Part shown: one piece after another, positions 38,373 through 48,866 of the stretch
Layout: each line of letters starts with the position of its first letter
Numbering within the stretch: the first letter of the stretch is position 1
From: Chloroflexota bacterium
Lineage (GTDB): Bacteria; Chloroflexota; UBA11872; VXOZ01
Direction of reading: 5' to 3'
Length of the DNA: 64,000 bases
NCBI GenBank assembly: GCA_963662335.2
Contig: CAXXVD010000002.1
Coordinates: forward strand, 608,001-672,000
Program-made: the position numbers and the translations under genes
The notes under the pieces: generated by a model
What the model was told of the DNA's origin: nothing
What the model saw: the letters and a program-made list of their open reading frames with translations, nothing else
Databases searched by the model: none

Positions 38373-39235
38373 TGGATCCAGATGTTTCAGAGTTCATAGA
38401 GCGTGTAAAGCGTGTGCGCCGGCGACGTATTCCTGCCTCCGCAGACATCGTTGCCGAGACATTCACGCGCTTAGGGTACACTCACGAGGATTCTACGTCT
38501 GAGCAGGTCCGCCAGCAGTTCAATCGCATGCTTGCCACCGTCTTTCGAGAAACCCTGGTAACGCTTGAGAACTACGAAAGGCCAGCATATTCCAGGCACG
38601 CGGTTCGTGAACTAACTGAAATACGAGGGCAGGACTTAGACACGGCCTATAGCAAGATGCAGTCACTTGGAGGAAACAGAGAAGGTTTCTCTCTAGCGGT
38701 TCAAGACCTCATGGAAACCTGGTATTATCATCTGCGTCAATTGTTTCTCAGCGTAAGTCAATCCCGTAAGATTCGTGGCGGCAGGGACTTCGAGTTACAG
38801 TTGGAGCACCTGTTCCGCTTGGCTGGCTTTCCGTACGAAGCCCAGCAGCGAGAATCTCGAATTGATATCTTATTGCCAGATTACGCACATTACCGTAACG
38901 ATCGAACCCAGTGCCTCATCGTCTCTGCCAAACGCACATTGCGTGAACGTTGGCAGCAGGTAGTTGATGAGCTTCACAAGATGAATTGTCCGAACGTGTA
39001 CTTGGCAACCACGGACGCGAGCATCTCTCTGCAGAAGGTTGGCGAGATCGCAGCACGAAATATCAAACTCGTTGTCTTCGATGAGGTCAAGCAACGGAAG
39101 TTTGCGCAAACCAACACAGTTATAGGTTTTTCACACTTGGCAGGCTCGGTCATTCCACAATGGGAGCGCTTTTGGCAGCCGGACGCTGTACGCTCAAATC
39201 TCGTATGCTGGATGAAGAGGGTTTTTTTCATCTAG
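38372..39235 (+). CDS. Type II restriction endonuclease, EcoRII C-terminal family
   Basis: SRKIRGGRDFE, RIDILLP and SAKRTLRERWQQV motifs; translationally coupled to the MTase; lower GC. Confidence 0.85.
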   Translation: MDPDVSEFIERVKRVRRRRIPASADIVAETFTRLGYTHEDSTSEQVRQQFNRMLATVFRETLVTLENYERPAYSRHAVRELTEIRGQDLDTAYSKMQSLGGNREGFSLAVQDLMETWYYHLRQLFLSVSQSRKIRGGRDFELQLEHLFRLAGFPYEAQQRESRIDILLPDYAHYRNDRTQCLIVSAKRTLRERWQQVVDELHKMNCPNVYLATTDASISLQKVGEIAARNIKLVVFDEVKQRKFAQTNTVIGFSHLAGSVIPQWERFWQPDAVRSNLVCWMKRVFFI

Positions 39236-39257
39236 TTCTGCAGTCCACGACAAGAAC

Positions 39258-39878
39258 ATGAGCACTGATTACACGCACACATCATCGCCGGAGCGGCCCA
39301 CGCCGCAGGCGCAGATTCTCATCGTGGATGATGAGTCGATCATCCGCCTGGACCTGCGCGAGCGGTTGAGCGACCTGGGGTACACGGTGGCCGGGGAGGC
39401 CGCGGACGGCCACGCGGCGGTGACTCTGGCGCGGCGCTTGCGGCCGGATCTGGTGCTCATGGACATCAAGATGCCAAAGATGGACGGCATCAGCGCGGCG
39501 CGCATCCTGTTGCAAGAGCGGATCGCGCCGGTGGTGCTGCTCACGGCCTACAGCGATCGAGATCTGGTGGAAGACGCGCGCGAGGCCGGGGTGCTCGGCT
39601 ACATCTCCAAGCCTTTCCGCGAAGCCGACCTGGCGCCCACGCTGGAGGTCGCCATCGCTCGTTTCGCGGAGTTGCGGGCAATCGAGCAGGAGAACGTGGA
39701 CCTCAAGGAGACCCTGGAGACGCGGCGTCTGGTTGAGCGGGCAAAGGGGCTGCTGATGGATCGGCAGGGCATGTCGGAGAGCGCGGCCTTCCGGCGCATC
39801 CAGAAACTGGCCATGGACCGCCGCAAGCCGATGAAGGAGATCGCCGAGGCCATCATCCTGGCGCACGAGATCACCTAA
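39258..39878 (+). CDS. Response regulator with ANTAR RNA-binding domain
   Basis: REC domain (IVDDE, MDIKMP, KPF) plus VERAKGLLM...AFRRIQKLAM ANTAR domain. Confidence 0.92.
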   Translation: MSTDYTHTSSPERPTPQAQILIVDDESIIRLDLRERLSDLGYTVAGEAADGHAAVTLARRLRPDLVLMDIKMPKMDGISAARILLQERIAPVVLLTAYSDRDLVEDAREAGVLGYISKPFREADLAPTLEVAIARFAELRAIEQENVDLKETLETRRLVERAKGLLMDRQGMSESAAFRRIQKLAMDRRKPMKEIAEAIILAHEIT

Positions 39879-39920
39879 GCGCGCCAGAGCGAACAGAGCA
39901 GTCCGGCAGCCGTTCGGACA

Positions 39921-42900
39921 TTGACTTCACGCGTGACAGTATTGACTCAAGCACTCTCTTCCCATCCGTTCAGCAAGCGCCATGGTCCCTGGCTTGGCGC
40001 CGCGCTGGCGCTGGCGGCGTGTGTCACCGTCTTCTTCTGGAAGGCGCTCCTGACCGGCCGGGTGCTGGCCGGCTACGACCTTTCGACCTACTTCTACCCC
40101 TATCGCCAGTACGCCGCGGAAGCGCTGCGGCAGGCCAACCTGCCGTTGTGGAACCCCTACCTCTTCCAGGGCGTGCCGTTTCTCGCCAACCAGCAGACCG
40201 CGGTGCTCTACCCGCCGAACCTGCTCTATCTCCTGGTTGCGACCGAAACCGGGCTGGCGCTCTCCATCGCCATTCATCTGATCTGGGGCGGACTGGGCGT
40301 CTACGTCTATACGCGGCAGGCGCACCGGCTGGTGTGGCTGGCGGCGGTGGGCGCGGCGCTTACGTTCGGTCTCAGCGGCTTTCTGGGCGCGCACGTCGGG
40401 CACGTCAACCAGGTGAACGCCGCCGTCTGGCTGCCGTGGGCGCTGCTGGCGGCGCACTGCCTCTACCAGGGGCGCAGCGTGCGCTGGGCGGTCGCGCTGA
40501 GCGTGATCCTGGCCCTGCAGTTCCTGGCCGGACACGCGCAACCCTCGTACATTACGCTCGTTGCCGTCATGCTCAGTTGGCTGGGGTGCGCCGTGTGGGA
40601 TTGGCTCGGCGTCGCCGCCTACCGGCCCGCGTTTCTCACCGGGGCCAGCGCGCCCGCTGCCGACCCCGGCGCGAACGCGCCGCCTGCGGTAAGACCGCAG
40701 CAAGCGCCGGCGTGGTTCGCCGCGCTTACGGACCGGTACACGCAGTTGCTATGGCGGCCGGTTGTGGCGCTCATCCTGCTCGGCGGCGCGTTCGCGGGCA
40801 TGGCGGTCCTCACCGCGCCGCAAGTGCTGCCCATGCTCCAACTCACGCATCACTCCATCCGCCAGGGAGGCTTGAGCTATGGCGAGGCCGCCGCGTTCTC
40901 GCTCTCGCCCCGCGAGTTCTTGGCCGGCATGTTGCCCACGCCGGACGGTTCCGTGAGCACCGCCGAGTACTACGGCTTCGTCGGTATCCTCGCCCTCGTC
41001 CTGGCGCTGCTCGCCGTGGCCTGCGCCTACCGCCGCCCGGCCACCTGGGGTTTCGCGGGACTGGCGGTGGTCTCGGCGCTGCTGGCGCTGGGCGCGTCCA
41101 ATCCGCTCTATCCGGCTCTCTTCGAAGTATTGCCCGGGCTGGATCTCTTTCGCGTTCCCGCGCGCTGGCTCTTGCTCTACACGTTCGCCGCCAGTGTGCT
41201 CGTGGGCATCGGCCTGGACTGGCTCGCGCACGCGGCCCGACACCGTGAGCCGCTGCGCGCACCGCTGCTCCGCTTTGGCGGCGGCGTGCTCCTGCTCGCG
41301 CTTGCCGCTGCCGCGCTGGCGCCGCTCCAGCACACACTTTCGCCGGAACTACCCTTCATTTGGCTTAGCCTTGCCATTGGCAGCGTCGCGCTGGTGGCGC
41401 TGGCAACGCGCGCGCCGCTCGTCCTGTGGCTCTTGCCGCCCGTGCTCGCGCTGGAACTCTTCTGGGCTTCGCGCCATCTGGAGTACAATCAAGCGCCGCC
41501 GGCCATGGCCTACACGGACCCGGGCCCCGTCACCGCTACTCTGCGCGAGGCGTACCAAGGGGGGCGCATCCTCAGCCTCGCCAACACCGCCTACGCGCCC
41601 GGCGTGGAGCCGGAACTGCGGGAGCGGTTCGCCCACCTGGGCGCCGGCAGCACCTACAACCTCTTGGTCACGCAGAAGTACTTCGAGGTCATGACCCCAA
41701 ACACGCCGTTAGGGATGCAGATTGCCACCGTGGACGGCTACGACGGCGGCGTGTTGCCTATGGCCGGCTACGCGCGCATGAAGGACGTGCTGCAAGCCGG
41801 CGCGTCGGCGCATCCGGACACCGTTCTGCGCAACCAATTGCGGTCCGTGCCGCCGCCGCGCATCCTCGACCTCTTTGGCGTGGCCTATCTGTTGAAAGAC
41901 AAGATTCACGATCCCTGGGTAGACGACGTCTTCTACGACACGACGTTTAGCCTCACCCTCGCTGCGGAGCAGCCGACGGTCGCGGTTCCCAACGCGCCGG
42001 ACGTTGCTACCGACCGCATCGGCGTCATCTCGTATCTCACCGGCGCGGCGGCGCTCCCGCAGGGTCAGGTTGTTGCCGTGCTGCGCGTGACGACTGCGGA
42101 TAACCGCGTTATCGAGCGGCCGCTCCAGGCCGGCATCCATACCGCCGAGGGTGAGTACGAGAAATCGACACCGGCGCACCAGGCGGCGCGGGTTGTTGGC
42201 GCGCAGCCGCACCATCCCGACATCCGCCGCTATCACGCCGTGCTCGCGCTTGGCGAGACCGTCGGTGTGAAGGAGGTAGTCTTGGAGTACCGAGCCGCCG
42301 CGGGCGCGCTGCACGTGGCGGCCATGAGCGCCGTCGGGCCTGAGTCCCACGCGCCGTTCATCCTTGCCACCGAGCCGGTCACGCTCCTGTTCAGCGGCGA
42401 CGTCAAGCTCTACCGGCGCGACCGCCCGCTGGGTCTGGTCTACACGGCGGGCACGGTCTACGTGGCGGAGAGCACCGACGCGGCGCGCGCTGCCCTGAGC
42501 GAGCCGGCCTTCCGCGTGGGACAGGACGTCATTCTGGAGCGGGAGGCCGCGTTCCACGAACTGCCGCCGCGCAACGCGCTTACCCGGCTTGGCCGGCCCC
42601 TGAAGCACTGGCTCCAAGGGATGGACGTGTGGGGGGGCGGGCCGCCGTTCGGCGTCGTGCGGCCTAACGCGGAAGCGCGCTTTGGCGAAAGCGCGCCGTC
42701 CGGCGGTGTGGATCTGACGCGCTACACGCTGGCGTACGACGCCAACGCGGTCGCGCTCGCAATCGACCGCCCCCGGCCGGAACTCCTCCGCGTGCGGCTG
42801 GAAACGCCCACGCCGCGGGTGCTCGTCTTTGGCGAGACGTTCATCCCGGGCTGGGAAGCGACCCTGGACGGCGCGCCCACGGAGATCTGGCGCGCGAACG

Positions 42901-43064
42901 CCCACTACCAGGCGGTATGGGTTCCCGCCGGCGCGCACGAAGTTGTCTTTCGCTACCGGCCGGCGGCGTTCCGCCTGGGCGTCGTCATCGCGCTCATTGG
43001 CGCGCCTGCCTTGGGCTTCCTCTGGTTCTTCCCCGTGCTGCTGCGGCGTCTGCGGTGGACGTGA
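39921..43064 (+). CDS. YfhO-family (GT-C-like) membrane protein
   Basis: PLWNPY..GVPF, FRVPARW and PGWEATLDG...VPAGAHEV motifs. Confidence 0.8.
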   Translation: MTSRVTVLTQALSSHPFSKRHGPWLGAALALAACVTVFFWKALLTGRVLAGYDLSTYFYPYRQYAAEALRQANLPLWNPYLFQGVPFLANQQTAVLYPPNLLYLLVATETGLALSIAIHLIWGGLGVYVYTRQAHRLVWLAAVGAALTFGLSGFLGAHVGHVNQVNAAVWLPWALLAAHCLYQGRSVRWAVALSVILALQFLAGHAQPSYITLVAVMLSWLGCAVWDWLGVAAYRPAFLTGASAPAADPGANAPPAVRPQQAPAWFAALTDRYTQLLWRPVVALILLGGAFAGMAVLTAPQVLPMLQLTHHSIRQGGLSYGEAAAFSLSPREFLAGMLPTPDGSVSTAEYYGFVGILALVLALLAVACAYRRPATWGFAGLAVVSALLALGASNPLYPALFEVLPGLDLFRVPARWLLLYTFAASVLVGIGLDWLAHAARHREPLRAPLLRFGGGVLLLALAAAALAPLQHTLSPELPFIWLSLAIGSVALVALATRAPLVLWLLPPVLALELFWASRHLEYNQAPPAMAYTDPGPVTATLREAYQGGRILSLANTAYAPGVEPELRERFAHLGAGSTYNLLVTQKYFEVMTPNTPLGMQIATVDGYDGGVLPMAGYARMKDVLQAGASAHPDTVLRNQLRSVPPPRILDLFGVAYLLKDKIHDPWVDDVFYDTTFSLTLAAEQPTVAVPNAPDVATDRIGVISYLTGAAALPQGQVVAVLRVTTADNRVIERPLQAGIHTAEGEYEKSTPAHQAARVVGAQPHHPDIRRYHAVLALGETVGVKEVVLEYRAAAGALHVAAMSAVGPESHAPFILATEPVTLLFSGDVKLYRRDRPLGLVYTAGTVYVAESTDAARAALSEPAFRVGQDVILEREAAFHELPPRNALTRLGRPLKHWLQGMDVWGGGPPFGVVRPNAEARFGESAPSGGVDLTRYTLAYDANAVALAIDRPRPELLRVRLETPTPRVLVFGETFIPGWEATLDGAPTEIWRANAHYQAVWVPAGAHEVVFRYRPAAFRLGVVIALIGAPALGFLWFFPVLLRRLRWT

Positions 43065-43377
43065 CGCACATCCCGGCGGAGCGTCGGCAGCAAGACCGTT
43101 CATGCTTCGACAAGGGCTTCGCGCAGCACTCGGCGCGAACGGAGAATGGAGCGTTGCAGGCTGCTACCCGGTTCCTCCGCGTCCGCCCTGAGCATCGTCG
43201 CAGGCCGGACGGCTTGCATTGCCTATTCTCCTGGTAGCCTATTGGACAACTTGCGTGGCAATAGCGATGGTGATATGCTCCCTTGGCTTACAGGACTAAG
43301 GACGATTCACGCGTGTCCGGTGAGGGTGCTATGCTAATTCTGTGAAAGTGCCTATCAGCGAGACGGAGGTACGAGAG

Positions 43378-43653
43378 ATGACTCAGGGTGATTTGATAAA
43401 AGACATTGCGTCACGCACGGGTACTACCCAGAAGGCGGCCAAGACGTTCTTGGATGCTTTTGTCGAGTCGGTACAGGACTCGCTCAAGCGTGGTGAAAAC
43501 GTCGCTATTTCGGGATTCGGCACGTTTCGCGTGGCGCAGCGCGCGGCGCGGGCCGGGCGCAATCCGCGCACGGGCGAACCCCTGCAAGTGGCGGCGCGCA
43601 AAGCGCCGGTATTCACGGCCGGCACCACACTCCGCAAATCCGTCGGCGGCTAG
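43378..43653 (+). CDS. hup: Nucleoid-associated protein HU
   Basis: GFGTF...RAGRNPRTGE motif; SD GGAGG. Confidence 0.95.
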   Translation: MTQGDLIKDIASRTGTTQKAAKTFLDAFVESVQDSLKRGENVAISGFGTFRVAQRAARAGRNPRTGEPLQVAARKAPVFTAGTTLRKSVGG

Positions 43654-43667
43654 CGGTCTTCCCCATA

Positions 43668-44699
43668 TTGCCAGCGGCGGTCTGCGTGGCGGGCCGAGCG
43701 GCTTGCCTCACCGCTACGCTGATTGCGCTGCTCGCGTTGGCTGTGGCGTGCGGCCCAGCGCAGCAGACTGCCGTCCACGGCGCGGTGCGCTTGCTGGTGG
43801 CGCCGGACGACGGCGCGCACGAGTTGCGCGCGTGGTTGCGCAGCGCCGAGCATTCCATTGACATAATGGTCTATCTGCTCTCGAGTGATGAGATCGTGGC
43901 GGAGTTGCTGGCGGCGCGGCGGCGCGCGGTGGCAGTGCGCGTCTTGCTGGAGGAAGATCCGGTCGGCGGCGGCGAGAGCAACCGCATGAGCGCGCAGCAG
44001 TTGGCGGCCGCCGGTATCGCGGTGCGGTGGGCAAGCGCGGCCTTCCGCTTCACCCATGCCAAGGTGATTCTGGTCGACGGCGCGCAGGCCGCCATTATGA
44101 CCCTCAATCTTACGCCGAGTTCGTTGCGCTCCAATCGTGAATTCGCCGTGCTCGTAGAAGACCCCGCGGTGGTACGCGCCTTGGCGGAACTCTTCCAGAG
44201 CGATTGGGAGGGTGTGCCGGCCCCGGAACTGGAACCTCCTCTAGTTGTCAGCCCCGTCAACGCTCGTGGAACTCTGCACGACCTGATTGGCGGCGCGCGC
44301 CAGAGCTTGGAGATTTACGCGCCTTCCCTGGAGGATGACGCGATCGCGGCGGCGCTGGCGGCAGCGGCCGGCCGGGGCGTGCGCGTCCGCCTGCTGACGA
44401 ATCCGCCCACTGAGCGCGACCCCTACGGCGATGAACGCGCCTTGCTGCGCCGGCGCGGCGGCATCGTGGGCTTCCTGGACTTTCCCAACGTGCACGCCAA
44501 GGTGGTGATTGTGGACGGCCAGCGCGCGTTTGTGGGCAGCCAGAATTTCACCGCCACCTCCCTGGACCTGAACCGCGAGGTGGGCATTCTCATCGATGAG
44601 CCGGCGGCGCTCCGGCGCTTGCAGCAGACGTTCGAGGCCGATTGGGCGCAGGCGACGCTGGAACGGAATGAGACGCAACGCCTTGCCCCCGCCGCTTGA
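43668..44699 (+). CDS. Phospholipase D-family lipoprotein
   Basis: Two HxKxxxxD motifs (HAKVILVD, HAKVVIVD..GSQN); lipobox-like AVAC. Confidence 0.85.
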   Translation: MPAAVCVAGRAACLTATLIALLALAVACGPAQQTAVHGAVRLLVAPDDGAHELRAWLRSAEHSIDIMVYLLSSDEIVAELLAARRRAVAVRVLLEEDPVGGGESNRMSAQQLAAAGIAVRWASAAFRFTHAKVILVDGAQAAIMTLNLTPSSLRSNREFAVLVEDPAVVRALAELFQSDWEGVPAPELEPPLVVSPVNARGTLHDLIGGARQSLEIYAPSLEDDAIAAALAAAAGRGVRVRLLTNPPTERDPYGDERALLRRRGGIVGFLDFPNVHAKVVIVDGQRAFVGSQNFTATSLDLNREVGILIDEPAALRRLQQTFEADWAQATLERNETQRLAPAA

Positions 44700-44779
44700 G
44701 GATGCCATGCGGCGAGACAGCCGTGACCCGTGTGCCGCAGAATAGGCTTCCCGGCGTTGGAGATGAAACGCTCAGTCGT

Positions 44780-44833
44780 TTGACGCTGCGCCGCGCGCGT
44801 GCTACGCTAATTCCTAGAAGACGGCTAGGGTTT
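44780..44833 (+). promoter_or_regulatory. suf operon promoter with putative Rrf2 operator
   Basis: TTGACG-17-TACGCT followed by imperfect inverted repeat AATTCCTAG-N7-CTAGGGTTT. Confidence 0.6.
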
Positions 44834-44863
44834 CGCGTGACGTGAGCCGGTGGAGATAGAGCA

Positions 44864-45340
44864 ATGTTGGGGATTTCCACCAAGGGACACTACGGTCTTG
44901 TGATTATGACGGCGCTGGCCGGCGCGGCGGATGCAAAGCCGCTCTCCCTGGCGCGGATCGCCGATGAGACCGGCATTTCGCTCGGCTATCTGGAGCAGAT
45001 CGTTTCGACGCTCAAAGAGGCCGGCCTGGTGGAGAGCACGCGCGGCGCGAAAGGCGGGTACGTGCTGGGCAGAGCGCCGGCCGAGATTACGGCTCATCAG
45101 ATTATACTGGCTACCGAGCGCGAGATTGCGCCGATATCGTGCTCGCTGCAACCGGAAGAGGGCGTCTGCTGCGAGCGGGTGGACTACTGCCCCACGGTTT
45201 TCTTGTGGGGGCGGCTGGAGCAGCAACTCAACCTGGCGCTGGGGGATACGACGCTGGCGGATCTGGCGCGGCACAACCGCAGCAGCCGGCCGTCGGCCCG
45301 CGGCCAAACACTAGCGGCGCCTGGGCGCGCGGGCGCATAG
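44864..45340 (+). CDS. Rrf2 family regulator (IscR-like, Cys-containing)
   Basis: STKGHYGL, YLEQI and STRGAKGGY motifs; C..CC..C cluster. Confidence 0.9.
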   Translation: MLGISTKGHYGLVIMTALAGAADAKPLSLARIADETGISLGYLEQIVSTLKEAGLVESTRGAKGGYVLGRAPAEITAHQIILATEREIAPISCSLQPEEGVCCERVDYCPTVFLWGRLEQQLNLALGDTTLADLARHNRSSRPSARGQTLAAPGRAGA

Positions 45341-45396
45341 GCGCGGCAGTCGCGGCGCTCAAGCACCAAGGATAGAGACGGAAGGCACAACTAACG

Positions 45397-45909
45397 ATGC
45401 CGGTGTTCGATACCCACAAGGCAGTGAAGGCGCTCGCGAGCGCGGGCTTCCCGGACCACCAGGCGGAAGCGCTGGTTGACGTGGTGGGCGAAGAACACGA
45501 AGCGCTGGCGACCAAAGACGGCCTGGAAGCGACGGAGCAGGCGCTTCGAACCGATGTGCAAGCGTTAGAGAGTTCGGTTCGAAAGGATATGCAGGCACTG
45601 GAGAGTTCGCTTAGAGCGGATATGCAGGCACTGGATAAATCCCTTAGAGCGGACATGCAGGCACTGGATAAATCCCTTAGAGCGGACATGCAGGCACTGG
45701 ATAAGTCGCTTCGAGCGGACATGCAGGCGCGGGAAGCCAGATCTGATGCTCGGTTCGAAGCCTTGGAGAAGGCATTGAGCGAGTGCACGACCAAAGCCGA
45801 AATGCGCGAAATGGAGTTGCGGTTGCGGCTCACGTTGGGCGCATATGTGTTTGCGGCGACCGGCCTCATGATCGCCATTATGTTCGGGCTGGAGCTTTGG
45901 TCGCGGTAG
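45397..45909 (+). CDS. DUF1640/CCDC90-like coiled-coil protein with 11-aa repeats
   Basis: FDTHKAVKAL..AGF...QAEA N-terminus, LATK, (LRADMQALDKS)n repeats, C-terminal TM. Confidence 0.75.
   Translation: MPVFDTHKAVKALASAGFPDHQAEALVDVVGEEHEALATKDGLEATEQALRTDVQALESSVRKDMQALESSLRADMQALDKSLRADMQALDKSLRADMQALDKSLRADMQAREARSDARFEALEKALSECTTKAEMREMELRLRLTLGAYVFAATGLMIAIMFGLELWSR
45538..45730 (+). repeat. 33-bp coding tandem repeat (~6 units)
   Basis: CTTAGAGCGGACATGCAGGCACTGGATAAATCC units. Confidence 0.9.
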
Positions 45910-46040
45910 CGTGCACAGGGGGCCGCCCGTTGCCGCGATTGAGGGCAGCGCGGGCGCTGCCCGTTGGCGAGAAGCAAGTGTAAGTATCGTTAGGACGTAC
46001 GGCGTTGTCTTGAGTGCAGAGAGGTAGATAGCAGAGCGCG

Positions 46041-46805
46041 ATGGCTACTGAGCAAGCGTTTTTCCACATAGAAGATCTCCACGTGGAGATCGAAGAGAAC
46101 GAAATCCTGCGCGGGGTCGATCTCTCCGTCAAGCGCGGGGAGATACACGCGATCATGGGGCCGAACGGCTCCGGCAAGAGCACCCTGGCCCACACGTTGA
46201 TGGGGCATCCGAGTTACGAGGCCACCGCCGGCCAGGCGCTCTTCAACGGCGAGGACATCCTGGAAAAGGATCCGAACGACCGCGCCAAGCTCGGTCTCTT
46301 CCTCGCCTTCCAGTATCCGCTGGCGATTCCCGGCGTGAGCACGCTGAACTTCCTGCGCACGTCCCTGAAGGCGGTGAAGCAGAAGGAAATCAGCGCGCGG
46401 GAGTTTCGCAAGCACCTGCTGGGCAAGATGGATCTGCTCAAGATCAATCGCGAGTTCGCCGGCCGCTACCTCAACGACGGCTTCTCCGGCGGCGAGAAGA
46501 AGCGCATGGAAATCCTCCAGATGGCGGTGCTGGAACCCCAACTCGCCATCCTGGACGAAATCGATTCCGGCCTGGACATCGACGCCATCCGCGCCGTCGG
46601 CGAGGGCATCTCGTCGCTCATGCATCCGGAGATGTCCATCGTCATCATCACGCACTACCCGCGCATCCTCCACTACGTGCGGCCCGACTACGTGCACATC
46701 ATGGTGGACGGCAAGATTCGCCAATCGGGCGGCTTCGAACTGGCGGAGGAGCTTGAGGCCAAGGGCTACGACGTGCTGCTTCAGGAAGTCATGCAGACTT
46801 CGTAG
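46041..46805 (+). CDS. sufC: Fe-S assembly ATPase
   Basis: GPNGSGKST, FSGGEKKR and DEIDSGLDID motifs. Confidence 0.96.
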   Translation: MATEQAFFHIEDLHVEIEENEILRGVDLSVKRGEIHAIMGPNGSGKSTLAHTLMGHPSYEATAGQALFNGEDILEKDPNDRAKLGLFLAFQYPLAIPGVSTLNFLRTSLKAVKQKEISAREFRKHLLGKMDLLKINREFAGRYLNDGFSGGEKKRMEILQMAVLEPQLAILDEIDSGLDIDAIRAVGEGISSLMHPEMSIVIITHYPRILHYVRPDYVHIMVDGKIRQSGGFELAEELEAKGYDVLLQEVMQTS

Positions 46806-46965
46806 ACGCGGAGATGAAATACGCGAAAGTGAATTCGCGAAGATTGAATTCGCGGAGATGAAAACGTCCGCTCCTGTCCCCTCTCCCGCTGGGAGAGGGC
46901 TAGGGTGAGGGCCGCGAGTCAGTTAGACACCACATCGCACAGGCGCGAGGAAGGCAGGCGCAGCA

Positions 46966-48381
46966 ATGGCCGTAACCGAGAAGGACATCCAAGAGAGCAA
47001 GAAGGTCTACAAGGAGAAGTACGGCTTTGCCGACCCGGACCAGGCGATCTACAAAGCGCCGAAAGGCCTCGACCCGGAGCGCGTGATCGAGATTTCCCAG
47101 ATGAAGAACGAGCCGGAGTGGATGCTCGAGTTCCGGCTCAAGTCGCTGGAGATCTTCAACAAGAAGCCGGTGCCCAAGTGGGGCGCGAATCTCGACAAGA
47201 TCCCCTTCGACGACCTCTCCTACTTCGTGCGCACCACGGAGAAGCAGGGCACAACCTGGGAAGACGTGCCGGAGTACATCAAGGATACGTTCGACAAACT
47301 GGGCATCCCGGAAGCGGAACGCAAGTTCCTGGCCGGCGTTTCCGCCCAGTACGAGTCCGAGGTCGTCTATCACTCCATCCAGAAGGACCTGGAGGCCAAG
47401 GGCGTCGTCTTCCTCAGCACCGAGGAAGGGCTGGAGCAGCATCCGGAACTCTTCCGCACCTACTTTGGCACGGTCATCCCGTCGGCGGACAATAAGTTCG
47501 CGGCCATGAACGGCGCGTTCTGGAGCGGCGGCTCGTTCGTCTACGTGCCGCCGGGGGTGCAGGTGACCATTCCGCTGCAAGCCTACTTCCGCATCAACGC
47601 CGAGCAGATGGGGCAGTTCGAGCGCACGCTCATCATCGTGGACGAGGGCGCGTACGTGCACTACGTGGAAGGCTGCACCGCGCCGGTCTACTCGACCGAC
47701 TCTTTCCATAGCGGCGTGATCGAGATCATCGTTAAGCAGAACGCCCGCTGCCGCTACACGACCATCCAGAACTGGTCCACCAACGTCTACAATCTGGTGA
47801 CCCAGCGCTCGGCGGTCTATGCCGGCGGCGTGATGGAGTGGGTGGACGCCAATCTCGGCTCGAACATTACGATGAAGTATCCGAGCGTCTATCTGATGGA
47901 GCCGGGCGCGAAAGGCGACATTCTCTCGATTGCCTACGCGGGCGACGGCCAGGTGCTGGACGCCGGCGGCAAGGCGATTCACGTGGCGCCGAATACGTCT
48001 TCCAAGATCATCTCCAAGTCCATCAGCCAGCACGGCGGGCGCACCTCGTTCCGCGGCCTGCTGAAGATCTACAAGGGCGCGGAGCAGGCCAAGTCGGCCA
48101 TGCGTTGCGACGCCCTCATTCTGGACCAGGAGTCGCGTTCGGATACGTATCCGACCATTGAGATTGAAGAGGAGCAGGTGAATCTCGGGCACGAGGCGGT
48201 GGTGAGCCGGATTGGCGAAGACCAACTCTTCTACCTCATGAGCCGCGGCCTGAGCGAGTCCGAGGCGGCGGGCATGATCGTCAGCGGCTTCATCGAGCCG
48301 ATCGTCAAGGAACTGCCGATGGAGTACGCGGTGGAAATGAACCGCCTGATACAACTGCAAATGGATAAGGCGGTGGGCTAG
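46966..48381 (+). CDS. sufB: Fe-S assembly scaffold
   Basis: [14 protein letters not shown] and YLMSRG motifs. Confidence 0.96.
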   Translation: MAVTEKDIQESKKVYKEKYGFADPDQAIYKAPKGLDPERVIEISQMKNEPEWMLEFRLKSLEIFNKKPVPKWGANLDKIPFDDLSYFVRTTEKQGTTWEDVPEYIKDTFDKLGIPEAERKFLAGVSAQYESEVVYHSIQKDLEAKGVVFLSTEEGLEQHPELFRTYFGTVIPSADNKFAAMNGAFWSGGSFVYVPPGVQVTIPLQAYFRINAEQMGQFERTLIIVDEGAYVHYVEGCTAPVYSTDSFHSGVIEIIVKQNARCRYTTIQNWSTNVYNLVTQRSAVYAGGVMEWVDANLGSNITMKYPSVYLMEPGAKGDILSIAYAGDGQVLDAGGKAIHVAPNTSSKIISKSISQHGGRTSFRGLLKIYKGAEQAKSAMRCDALILDQESRSDTYPTIEIEEEQVNLGHEAVVSRIGEDQLFYLMSRGLSESEAAGMIVSGFIEPIVKELPMEYAVEMNRLIQLQMDKAVG

Positions 48382-48557
48382 AAGCGGATTGTCTCGCGGA
48401 AACGCGACGTGGGCGGCGCGCGGCGTTGAGCGCCAGGCACAGCGGCACGGCTCGCCGTGCGCGTGTCTGGCGCAATTGCTGTAGGACACCCCGCGCGGGT
48501 GAAGCAGGGCCTGGGCAGGATTGACGCCGGTTTCAGCTCCGGCACAGGCAATTTCAA

Positions 48558-48793
48558 TGTCATTCCGCGCGCAAAGGCTACCGGATGTCATTCCGAGCGC
48601 AGCGAGGAATCTAGTGCGTAGCGCGGCGGCTTGTCCCCCGCACGAGTGTCGAGACGTGGAGCCGGGGCTTGTTCGCCCCGCAAGGAACTCGGGACGTAGC
48701 GCGGGGGCTTGTCCCCCGCTCTTGGTTGGTGCGCACAACGAAGATGCGTTCCGGCATTCGCGACAGTGTCGGTCAAACCACCGGGAATGACGG
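48558..48793. repeat. Palindromic repeat cluster between sufB and sufD
   Basis: TGTCATTCCGAGCGCAGCGAGGAATCT and two GTAGCGCGG.GGCTTGTCCCCCGC copies. Confidence 0.85.
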
Positions 48794-48866
48794 AAAGACC
48801 GCAGAAAGCTCAAAACAACTTGGTGAGCGAAGCAGCCTGGCAAGGCACGGATCAGGAAAGGCAAGC

